From a virus (taxonomy: Duplodnaviria; Caudoviricetes), in the IMG/VR virus record IMGVR_UViG_3300024254_000007, positions 1 to 37,490 of that record: a stretch of 37,490 bases of DNA. One strand, given 5' to 3'. Shown in pieces: positions 17,525 through 25,858 of this stretch. How positions within the stretch are numbered: the stretch's first letter is position 1; every line of letters starts with the position of its first letter. Made by a program: the position numbers and the translations under genes. Below the pieces are notes generated by a model. The model had not been told where the DNA came from. It saw only the letters and a program-made list of their open reading frames with translations, and made no database searches.

Positions 17525-17871
17525 TGGCACACGGGAAAGCCGCACGGCCGTCGCCGCCGTTCTCCGGGCAATTGCTCCGCGTCACGGGCGAGGGCGAGCA
17601 AGTCACCATTGCGTTTACCGCCGCGAGCTCCGCGGAGCTCCTCGAGCGCCTCGAGGCCGCCGGCACGGCCGCCGTCGCCCGCATGCGCACTAACAACGCG
17701 GCCGTGCTCGCCGCCGGCGACGAGTTCGAGGCGCGGCAAACGCGCGTCTATCACAACGCGGTGGCGCAGCTCCGCCGCGAGCTCGGCATGCCCGACCCGC
17801 CCGCGGAGGAGGAGGACGTCACCCGTGCCGACAATTCCGCCGGGGCGGTACACACGCCAGCGCATCCGTGA
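17521..17871 (+). CDS. Hypothetical protein
   Basis: ATGA-coupled. Confidence 0.55.
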   Translation: MMAHGKAARPSPPFSGQLLRVTGEGEQVTIAFTAASSAELLERLEAAGTAAVARMRTNNAAVLAAGDEFEARQTRVYHNAVAQLRRELGMPDPPAEEEDVTRADNSAGAVHTPAHP

Positions 17872-18508
17872 CTTGGCGTTAAACCGCGCGGGCAACCGCG
17901 CGCTCGACGCCGACGCCAAGGATTTTCTCTCGCAACTCCTCTACGAGCTGTACACGCTCGCCGACTGGCCGTTTCTCTACGTGTCGGCACCACTCGCCAT
18001 TGCGGGCGCGAGCGTGGCGTTGCCCGAGGATTTCGTCACGCCGCAAGACGATCGCGCCATGCAAATCGTCGCCATTGACGGCACGCCGCAACACAATGCC
18101 TTTGTCCTCGAGGTCGCGCCCGAGCAATTGGCGGCGTATCCGACAGGCCCCGGCGGCGGGATTCCGACCGTGTGGGCCGTCTCCCGGAGCGATACGACCG
18201 CGCTCTTTGCGCCCGACCCGAGCGGGCGGCGCATTGACGCGCTCATACGATACCGCCGCCTCCCGCCCGAGCCGCTCCCGGCCGTCGAGCCCGCCGACGT
18301 GCCCGTGTTCCCGTATCACAATTATCTCGTCCAAGCGGTCTACGTGTTTGCGCTCGAGCACGAGCGCGACCCGCGCGCGCCGCAAGAGGCCGGCGTGCGG
18401 GATAATCTCATGGCGCTGATTCGCCGCGGCGCCTCGCCCGTGCGGTCGCAACGCGCCGATATTCCGCTTGACCCGCTCGTCTTTGGGCGGCCGTTCCAAG
18501 GGGATTAG
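17825..18508 (+). CDS. Head-tail adaptor (tail tubular A-like)
   Basis: GGAGGAGG RBS; helical N-terminus with DWPFL and PVFPYHNYLV; position. Confidence 0.75.
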   Translation: MPTIPPGRYTRQRIRDLALNRAGNRALDADAKDFLSQLLYELYTLADWPFLYVSAPLAIAGASVALPEDFVTPQDDRAMQIVAIDGTPQHNAFVLEVAPEQLAAYPTGPGGGIPTVWAVSRSDTTALFAPDPSGRRIDALIRYRRLPPEPLPAVEPADVPVFPYHNYLVQAVYVFALEHERDPRAPQEAGVRDNLMALIRRGASPVRSQRADIPLDPLVFGRPFQGD

Positions 18509-20527
18509 ATGCCCGGCGGCCCCGACAGAGAAACGCCGATTCCCGTCCGGCGCTTTCAGGGCACCATGCTCGCCATGGACCCGGCCTTTGTGCCGCCCGG
18601 CTTCGTCACGCGGTGCGAGAATTGGGTGCCGGATCTGACGCTCGTCTTGAGCAAGCGGCGCGGGAGCGCGCCGTGGCAACGGTTGCCGCAACCCGGGCGC
18701 GTCGACCCGCTCTACTACTGTAGCGGGAGCGACGGCACGCGCTATCTCTATTGCATCGCCAATGACCAACTGTACGTCTCCGTGAACGACGCACCGATGA
18801 CCACGGTCACCAATGGGGCGTTTACGGCGGGCCCCGTGGAGGACCTCCGCTACGGCGTCGCGGCGGTCGGCGATACGCTCTACATCGGGAACGACAGCGA
18901 CCCCATCAAACAGATTCCGCTCGGCGGCGCCGCGACGGACCTCGTGCCGCTCGCGTTGCTCGACGATACGGGCCAGGTCGCGACGGCGATTGCCGACGAG
19001 CTCGCCCGCGTGCTCGCCGGGACGTACAGCTATCGCTGGGCCATCTATCACACGTCGACGCAGCAGTGGACGAAAGTCGGCCCCGTGCACACCATCACGA
19101 CGGCGGGCACGGGGCGGCAACGGCTCGGCTTTCAGGCGCCGACCGTGGCGCTCGGGACGGGCGAGCTCTACCACTTGTTTCTTGCCGGCGTCGACCAGGA
19201 GATTGAGGGCGCGCACGACCAGACCCCGGCCGGGTTGCCGGCGTCGGGCGGCGTCGATCAATTCGCCTTGTGGGACGATCCCGCGGTGGAGTCGGCGGTC
19301 GTGCCGATTCCCTCGACGGTCGTCCGGCGCGGCGCGCATCTGATTGCGCATCGCGGCCGCTTGTGGGGCGCCGGCGGCCTCGATGCCACGGCGCGGCGCG
19401 TCTGGGCGACCAACGTGCTCGTGCCCGGCCTCGAACAATCGCTCTATGACCAAGCGCTCTTTTTCCCGGCCGGCGCCGTGACGCCGGACTTGGGAGACCC
19501 CGTCACGGCGCTCGCCGTCGCCACGTTGTCCTCGACCAATCGGAGCCCGACGTCGCCGCTCGGTATCATGACGGCGCAATCGACGTGGCTCTATTTCGGC
19601 GATCCGGTGGACGACCCGCAATCCTCGCTTGTCCAGGTGTCCGACGAGGTCGGGTGCATCAGCGACCGTACCGTGGCGTCGACCCCGCTCGGCATCGTGT
19701 TTTGCGGCAAGCGGAGCGTGTATCTCTTGACGCCGCAACAAGCCGAGCCGAAAGACGTGGGCTGGCCGATCGAGCCGGCGGTGCGCGCGGTGCCCGTGCC
19801 CGAGCGGACGCGGTGTTGGGCGATCTACCACCGCGGGTTTTACAAGCTGGCGCTTGTGCCCGCGGGCGGCGACGAGCCGACGCAGCAATGGTGGCTCGAC
19901 CTCCGCCGCGGCCTCGGCGACCCGCCGGCGTGGTGGGGGCCACATACGACGCCGAGCTACAGCGCCGGGGCGCGCGCGACGAATCATCCGGCGGAGGAGG
20001 ATCGCGCGTGGGCCGCGCAAGACAGCTCCGTGGCATTCTTCGTGCTCCTCGACCAGGCCGACCGTTACACCGATCCGGTCGGGCCGCGCTCGGGCGGGCA
20101 ATGGAACGTCGCGCACTGGAACGTTGACCAGTGGGCGCAAGAAAACGCCGTGCCCATTGTCTCGCGGCTCGTGACCGCGGACCTCGACGGCGGCGCGCCG
20201 TTGACGCCGAAGATTGCGAAGCGCGCCCGCATCGTCGCGAACATCTTTGAAAGCACGTCGCTCGGGATTACCGTGACCGCCGATCATAGCTACGGCGTCG
20301 CGGGCACGCTCAACGTGCCGATGGCGCTCGGCGACGTGTGGGATACGGCTGTGTGGGATACCGCCGCGTGGGCGATGCAACAATGGATCTTGAGCGAATT
20401 TGAATGCCCGGTGCCCGAGCCGCGCGGCCGGCTCTTTTCCACGACGTTGACGCACGTTGACCCGAATCCCTGTGACCTGCGCGATTTCGAGCTCCGCGTG
20501 CAACCGTCGAGTCGGGAGACGCAGTAG
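18509..20527 (+). CDS. Tail nozzle/stabilisation protein (tail tubular B, P22 gp10-like)
   Basis: 672 aa, beta-rich; LSKRRG, HRGRLW and VGCISDRTV motifs. Confidence 0.8.
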   Translation: MPGGPDRETPIPVRRFQGTMLAMDPAFVPPGFVTRCENWVPDLTLVLSKRRGSAPWQRLPQPGRVDPLYYCSGSDGTRYLYCIANDQLYVSVNDAPMTTVTNGAFTAGPVEDLRYGVAAVGDTLYIGNDSDPIKQIPLGGAATDLVPLALLDDTGQVATAIADELARVLAGTYSYRWAIYHTSTQQWTKVGPVHTITTAGTGRQRLGFQAPTVALGTGELYHLFLAGVDQEIEGAHDQTPAGLPASGGVDQFALWDDPAVESAVVPIPSTVVRRGAHLIAHRGRLWGAGGLDATARRVWATNVLVPGLEQSLYDQALFFPAGAVTPDLGDPVTALAVATLSSTNRSPTSPLGIMTAQSTWLYFGDPVDDPQSSLVQVSDEVGCISDRTVASTPLGIVFCGKRSVYLLTPQQAEPKDVGWPIEPAVRAVPVPERTRCWAIYHRGFYKLALVPAGGDEPTQQWWLDLRRGLGDPPAWWGPHTTPSYSAGARATNHPAEEDRAWAAQDSSVAFFVLLDQADRYTDPVGPRSGGQWNVAHWNVDQWAQENAVPIVSRLVTADLDGGAPLTPKIAKRARIVANIFESTSLGITVTADHSYGVAGTLNVPMALGDVWDTAVWDTAAWAMQQWILSEFECPVPEPRGRLFSTTLTHVDPNPCDLRDFELRVQPSSRETQ

Positions 20528-21504
20528 TGGCGCAGATTCCCCGCCCGCCGAAGCAAGGCGCCGTCATGACGTACGTCGCGAAAGTCGCGGCGGGCTACCC
20601 GCACATCTTGGCCGGCGAGATGGACGCGGACCTCGATACGATCTACGGCGCGTGGAATGGCGGCGCCGATACGGTCAACATTCGTGACGGCGCAATCACG
20701 AGCGCCAAGCTGGCGGCGGATTCGGTCGGGCCGCGCGAGTTGCAAGATAGCGGTGTGGGCACGAGCAATCTGGCCGACGCCGCCGTCACGACGCCGAAGA
20801 TTGCCGACGGCGCGGTGACGGATCCGAAGATCGTGAGTGTCGCGTGGGCGAAGGTGACGGGCATCACGCTCCCGACGACCCTCCCGCCGAGCGGCCCGGC
20901 CGGCGGCGATCTGGCGGGCTCGACGTATCCCAATCCGGTGATTGCGCCGGGCGCCGTGACGGCGGCGAAGCTCGCGCCCGGCGCGGTCGGCCCGACTGCT
21001 CTCGCGACGGGTTCGGTCGGGGCCGCCCAGATACTGGATGGCAGTATCGGCACGGTCGAGCTCGCCGACGGCGCGGTGACGCGCGCCAAACTCGCGGTCA
21101 ATGGAACGCTCGCGCCGCCCGGCGTGTTCGTCTCGAATCCGAGCGGCTTTGCGCTGAACACGGCGGGCGTGTGGACGAACTATGCGACGCTCCCGAGCCT
21201 CACGACGCGAGGCGGGGCCGTGCTCTTGCTGGCGAATCCCGCGTCAAGTGTGCTGGGGGGCGTCGCGGGGGGCATCTGCAACACGCGGTGGCTCCGCGAC
21301 GGCACCCCGCTCGCCGCGAGCCCGTGGTTGGTGTCCGCGCCGGCCGGCAACACCGCGACGCCTCTCCCGGGCGTGACCTGGCTGGATCTGAACGCGCCCG
21401 CGGGCGCGCACGTCTACAGCTATCAGGTGCAGGCGGGCGCCAGTTGTAGCATCGTGAGCCCCCCGCAAAGTGACGGCGGATTCTTCGCGTTGGAGATTGG
21501 CTAA
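20527..21504 (+). CDS. Tail fibre 1
   Basis: N-terminal anchor, DGAVTxxKL repeats, C-terminal beta domain. Confidence 0.8.
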   Translation: MAQIPRPPKQGAVMTYVAKVAAGYPHILAGEMDADLDTIYGAWNGGADTVNIRDGAITSAKLAADSVGPRELQDSGVGTSNLADAAVTTPKIADGAVTDPKIVSVAWAKVTGITLPTTLPPSGPAGGDLAGSTYPNPVIAPGAVTAAKLAPGAVGPTALATGSVGAAQILDGSIGTVELADGAVTRAKLAVNGTLAPPGVFVSNPSGFALNTAGVWTNYATLPSLTTRGGAVLLLANPASSVLGGVAGGICNTRWLRDGTPLAASPWLVSAPAGNTATPLPGVTWLDLNAPAGAHVYSYQVQAGASCSIVSPPQSDGGFFALEIG

Positions 21505-22595
21505 TGGCGGTCACGCGACCACTCAAAGAAGGCAGCGTCACCACGTATCAGGCCAAGGTCGCGGCCGGCTTTCCCGATATCCTCGCGAGCGAGGTCGACG
21601 CCGACCTCGATACGATCTATGCGGCCTGGAACGGCAACGTGGGCACGGCGAATCTCGTCGACGGCGCGGTCACGTATGCGAAGCTGGCGCCCGACGCGCA
21701 GCTCTGGCGCGACACGGGCACCGCGCTCACCCCCGGGACGAGTTTTGCGACGCGCCCCGTTGCGTGCGCGCCGGTCAATAATGCGCTCTCGTGGGGTGTC
21801 GCGACCGTGAAAGGGCGCTTGGTCGATCAAGGGGCGGGCGATATTCAATGGCGCGTCAATGCGACGACCAGCAACGTGCAGGATGACGTCGCGAAACCCT
21901 CGTGGGGGATGCGCATGGGGCCCGCGGTGGATAACCTGTATGTCTCTCGCGCTCCGGCGGGTTCCAGTACCTACGTCGGGTTACTGACGGTCGACGCGAC
22001 CGGCAACTTATATGTGACCGCCTCCGAGTTTTTCGGGGCGCAGGGGTCGCTCACGTCCGCCGCCGGCAGCTCGACCAACTTTGGTCGGAACTATAGCAAT
22101 GCGCCAGGATATGATAACACTAAAGCGAGCTGGGTAGTATTCCTTCATTCCAACGATACCCTTGGCGTGTGGCGTGGTGCGCCCGGCGTTGGCAGCCCAA
22201 ACACGAGCTTATTGTCGCTCGACGCGGCCGGCAATTTGACGATTGCCGGCGCGACGGCGACCAAAGCGAGCGGCACGACGTGGGCGAATCCCTCCGATCG
22301 CCGCTTGAAGGACGAGATTGCGGACTACGCGACCGGGCTCGCCGCCATCCTGCAATTGCAACCGCGGACCTTCGTGTACAACGGGAAAGGCGGCTCGGTC
22401 GCCGGCATGCGTGGCTATGGGTTCATCGCCGATGAAGTCGCGCCCGTCATGCCCGAGACGGTCAGCACGCGGGCCGGGAAGCTCGAGGCCGACGACGAGG
22501 AGGAGACCGACATTCAGACGCTTGACCAGTCGAATCTCATTCTGGCACTCGTCAACGCCGTCAAGGAGTTGGCGGCCCGTATGGACGCACAATGA
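21504..22595 (+). CDS. Tail fibre 2 with C-terminal S74 intramolecular chaperone
   Basis: Same anchor as fibre 1; SDRRLK...GFIADEV...ALVNAVKEL. Confidence 0.88.
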   Translation: MAVTRPLKEGSVTTYQAKVAAGFPDILASEVDADLDTIYAAWNGNVGTANLVDGAVTYAKLAPDAQLWRDTGTALTPGTSFATRPVACAPVNNALSWGVATVKGRLVDQGAGDIQWRVNATTSNVQDDVAKPSWGMRMGPAVDNLYVSRAPAGSSTYVGLLTVDATGNLYVTASEFFGAQGSLTSAAGSSTNFGRNYSNAPGYDNTKASWVVFLHSNDTLGVWRGAPGVGSPNTSLLSLDAAGNLTIAGATATKASGTTWANPSDRRLKDEIADYATGLAAILQLQPRTFVYNGKGGSVAGMRGYGFIADEVAPVMPETVSTRAGKLEADDEEETDIQTLDQSNLILALVNAVKELAARMDAQ

Positions 22596-22780
22596 CCGAC
22601 CGGGGCTCCCTCGACCGCGCGACGCTCGAGGCACGCCACGGCGCCTTGCACGCGGAGCTCCTCGAGGCTATGCGCACGGTCGAGCGCTACCGCGGCGCGC
22701 TCGCCCTCCTCGACGAGCTCCTCGCGCTGCCCGACCCGCCGCCGCCCGGCGAGGCGCGCGGGCTCGAGGCGGTCGCATGA
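22592..22780 (+). CDS. Small coiled-coil protein
   Basis: ATGA-coupled on both sides. Confidence 0.6.
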   Translation: MTDRGSLDRATLEARHGALHAELLEAMRTVERYRGALALLDELLALPDPPPPGEARGLEAVA

Positions 22781-23400
22781 TTCGCCGGGCGACCTTCGGC
22801 GACGTGCCCGGGCTCCGCCGCCTCTTTGCCGCGTTGACGGCGGAGGTCGAGGCGAGCCGCGCGGTATCGTATCCGACGCACGGCGCCGAGGATCTCGATT
22901 CCTTTACGCTCTTGACGGCGCAGCGGGTCGAGAACGATCCGACCTTGCTGCTGTACGTCGCAACCGACGACGCTGGCGAGCTCGTCGGGTTTCTCGGTGG
23001 CGAGGTTTCCGAGCGGGCCATCGGGCAGCCGCGCATTTTTGGCTCCGCCCATTGGCTCTATATCGTGCCCGCCGCCCGGGGCCGCGGCCTCGCCCGCGAG
23101 CTCGTGCGCCGCGGCGCCGCCGACTTGGAGGCGCTCGGTGTGTCACACGTTGAGCTCGCAGCCGTCGCCGGCGATCTGCAATGGATGGCCCGTGGCTGGA
23201 TTCCGTTCCTCGTGCACCATGCCTTGCCGGTCGCCGCCGTGCTGGCCGGCGCCGCCGAGCGCCCCGCCGTCCAACCCACCGCGGCGGAGCGCCCGGCGGC
23301 GTCGGCCCCTCCTCCGCCGCCCGAGGCGCCGGCGTCGCCTCCGAAACGCCGACGCGGGCGGCCGCCCAAGCCGCGGCTCGTCGCGGGAGGCCGGGCATGA
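22777..23400 (+). CDS. GNAT acyltransferase 1 with C-terminal AT-hook-like motif
   Basis: IRRATFGD start; LYIVPAARGRGLARELV motif A; tail PKRRRGRPPKPR. Confidence 0.88.
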   Translation: MIRRATFGDVPGLRRLFAALTAEVEASRAVSYPTHGAEDLDSFTLLTAQRVENDPTLLLYVATDDAGELVGFLGGEVSERAIGQPRIFGSAHWLYIVPAARGRGLARELVRRGAADLEALGVSHVELAAVAGDLQWMARGWIPFLVHHALPVAAVLAGAAERPAVQPTAAERPAASAPPPPPEAPASPPKRRRGRPPKPRLVAGGRA

Positions 23401-23915
23401 GCCTCGTGATCCGCCTCGCCGAGCCCGGCGACCGTCGCGCCCTCGAGCTCCTCCTCGGCGGGCTCATGCGGGAGCATCAAGCGGCCTTTCCCGAGGCCTA
23501 TCCGCATTTTGCGAGCCCCGAGGCGGCCGCCGCGTTTTTCGCCGGCGGCTACGCCGTGCGGCTCGAGCATGATTCGCGCCTCGTCGCCGTGCTGGCCGTC
23601 GACCGCGCCCCCGTGGGGTGCCTTGTGGGGGAGGTCGTCGGGCGGGCCGTCGGTCGGCCGGCGACGGTGTGTCACGTTGATTGGTTTGTTGTCGCGCCCG
23701 AGGCCCGCGGGCAGGGCATCGGGCGGCGGCTCGTGCGTGCCGGCCTCGCTGTGCTCGCGACGCACGGCGTGACGCACATCGAGTGCCTAAGCGCGCCGGG
23801 CGACCGGCAATGGCAACGCCGCGGCTGGCGGGAAACGGCGCGCCGCTACGTCGCCCCATGCGAGGACGTCGCCAAATGGGTCGACCTCGAGGAGCTCCCG
23901 CATGATGCAGGATAG
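23397..23915 (+). CDS. GNAT acyltransferase 2
   Basis: IRLAEPGD start; FVVAPEARGQGIGRRLV motif A. Confidence 0.88.
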   Translation: MSLVIRLAEPGDRRALELLLGGLMREHQAAFPEAYPHFASPEAAAAFFAGGYAVRLEHDSRLVAVLAVDRAPVGCLVGEVVGRAVGRPATVCHVDWFVVAPEARGQGIGRRLVRAGLAVLATHGVTHIECLSAPGDRQWQRRGWRETARRYVAPCEDVAKWVDLEELPHDAG

Positions 23916-25227
23916 CCGCCGCTACCATCGCACGCGCCCGCCGACCTTTGCGCGGGCGTATGGGTCGCAACAATCCTCGCCCGGCGTGGTGTCGCCGTAT
24001 GGCGGCCTCCCGGCGCAGGTCGCGGGGCGCCTCAACCGCCAACAACTCTCGCCGCTCCTCCTCGGGCTCGGCGCCGGGCAAGGCGCGAAATATCAGAAAC
24101 TCATGAGCGACATTCAAAGCGGCCGCGCCTCGGGTCCGCTCGCGTCGGCGATTCAACAAATCCAGCAATTCGCGCCCGGCGTGGTGAGCGGCGCGCAAGG
24201 CATCGGGCAGCAAATGAGCGCGCAAGGCGCCACGGCGGTCGGCAGCTTGCAAGACGCGATTCGGACCGCGCAAGCGCAAATGCCGCAATATCTCGCCGGC
24301 ACCAATCAGGCGTTTGGCGCGTCGCAAGGGGCGCTCGGCAACGCGCAGGATCTGTACGGGCAAGCCGCGGCCATGCTCCCGGGGTTGCAGCAAACCTCGG
24401 CGCAAGGCACGCAAGGGGCGCAGCAAGCGTTGGGCGCCGCGCAGGGCTACATGACGGGGCCGCAAATGCAGGCGGCGCAAGCGCAGCTTGCCCGCGCGCA
24501 AGGGCTCTTGCAGGGGGGGAGCGCGGAGGGCGGCGCCGAGAATGCCGTGCAATTGGCGCAACGCTACGCGCAGCAAGCCGCCTCGCCGATTGCGAATGAG
24601 GACCTCTACCAAGCGGCCTCGCGGCGCGTGATGCAGCAAATTCAACCCGGGCTCGCCGCCCGCGGCCTCGAGGCCGGTGGCGCCGGCGCGCAGCTCTCGG
24701 CCGACACGCAACGCGACTTGGCGATGCAGTTTGCGCAGAATCAGGCCGCGCAACGGCAAGCGACGTTGCAGGGGTTGACGGGCGCCTCGCAAGGGCTCGG
24801 CGGGCTCCAAACGCAAGCGCAGCAAAACGTGGGCGCCGCGGCCTCGGGGCTCGGCAACCTGCAAGCCCAAGGGCTGCAAGGGCTCGAGGGCGCGAGCCAG
24901 GGCGTCCAGCAAGCGGCGGCCGCGCAAGGGGCGCTCGGGCAAACGATGCTCCCGTATCTCTCGGCGATTCAGCAAGGCGCGCAAGGCGTCGGGCAGATGG
25001 CCGGGCAAGGCGCCAATATCAACATGATGGCGCCGCAGCTCGCCGGCATGCAGGCAGACGCCGTCAACCGGCTTGGGCAAACCCTCATGCAGCAATATAA
25101 TTTGCCGATGCAGGGGGCCGGCAATCTTCTCAACTTGCTCACGGCCGGGCAAGCCCCGAGCCTGCAGATGCTTCAGGCGACGTCGCCCCAAGTCGCAAAT
25201 TCGAGCAAGGGATACAATATCCTCTAG
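23902..25227 (+). CDS. Internal virion/ejection protein 1 (Q/G/A-rich) with conserved leader
   Basis: Composition and position; leader MMQDSRRYHRTRPPTFARAYG. Confidence 0.75.
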   Translation: MMQDSRRYHRTRPPTFARAYGSQQSSPGVVSPYGGLPAQVAGRLNRQQLSPLLLGLGAGQGAKYQKLMSDIQSGRASGPLASAIQQIQQFAPGVVSGAQGIGQQMSAQGATAVGSLQDAIRTAQAQMPQYLAGTNQAFGASQGALGNAQDLYGQAAAMLPGLQQTSAQGTQGAQQALGAAQGYMTGPQMQAAQAQLARAQGLLQGGSAEGGAENAVQLAQRYAQQAASPIANEDLYQAASRRVMQQIQPGLAARGLEAGGAGAQLSADTQRDLAMQFAQNQAAQRQATLQGLTGASQGLGGLQTQAQQNVGAAASGLGNLQAQGLQGLEGASQGVQQAAAAQGALGQTMLPYLSAIQQGAQGVGQMAGQGANINMMAPQLAGMQADAVNRLGQTLMQQYNLPMQGAGNLLNLLTAGQAPSLQMLQATSPQVANSSKGYNIL

Positions 25228-25239
25228 AGGTCGCGAGCT

Positions 25240-25857
25240 ATGACGCACGATACCCGGCGCTATCATCGCACACGGCGGCCGACGTTTGCCCGCGGATACG
25301 GGATGCTCGGTGCCCTCGGGAGCGGCGTGGCCGATGCCGCGGGCGCCGCCGGGGGCGCCCTCGGGAGCGCCGCGAGCACCGTCGGGAGCGGCCTCGAGAG
25401 CGCCGTCGGCTCGGCGCTCGGAGGCGCCGGGCAATCCGCGCTCGGCGGCCTCTCGAGCGTCGGGCAAGGGTTGCAATCGCTCTTTAGCGGGGGCGGCGGC
25501 GAGGCCGGGCACCTCGCGGCCCTCGGGCAAGCGGTGCCCCAAGGCGTCGAGCTCGCGGGGCCCTCGAGCACGTTTGCCGGGCCCGGGTTTCTCGGCGGTG
25601 TCATGCAAGGGTTTACCGGCGCCGCGTCACACGTCGCCGACCCGAGCGCGGCGACAAGTTTTGGCTCGGGGATCGGGCAGCTCTTGAGCACGCTCGACCA
25701 ATTGAACGCGGGGCGGCAAGGCGGCGTCTCGATGCAACCGATTGTGCAAGGGCTCGGCGCGCACCTCCAGGGGCCGCGCGTCATTCCCGGCGGCTCGTCG
25801 CAACCCGGGCAAGGGAACATCATGAAAATGATTGGGCAGATTCTCGGCGCGGTCTGA
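25240..25857 (+). CDS. Internal virion/ejection protein 2 (G/A/S-rich) with conserved leader
   Basis: Gly-rich pilot-like sequence; leader MTHDTRRYHRTRRPTFARGYG. Confidence 0.75.
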   Translation: MTHDTRRYHRTRRPTFARGYGMLGALGSGVADAAGAAGGALGSAASTVGSGLESAVGSALGGAGQSALGGLSSVGQGLQSLFSGGGGEAGHLAALGQAVPQGVELAGPSSTFAGPGFLGGVMQGFTGAASHVADPSAATSFGSGIGQLLSTLDQLNAGRQGGVSMQPIVQGLGAHLQGPRVIPGGSSQPGQGNIMKMIGQILGAV

Positions 25858-25858
25858 C

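Noticed and set aside
17879-20503. Long antisense ORFs (e.g. 874 aa here, also 23464-25608, 28189-29979, 7259-9013)
   Set aside because: Arg/Ala/Pro-rich shadow frames of real genes in high-GC DNA; no motifs
22777-23915. GNAT toxin-antitoxin or antibiotic-resistance cassette
   Set aside because: No adjacent RHH antitoxin; genes are translationally coupled within the virion operon at the usual pre-ejection-protein position
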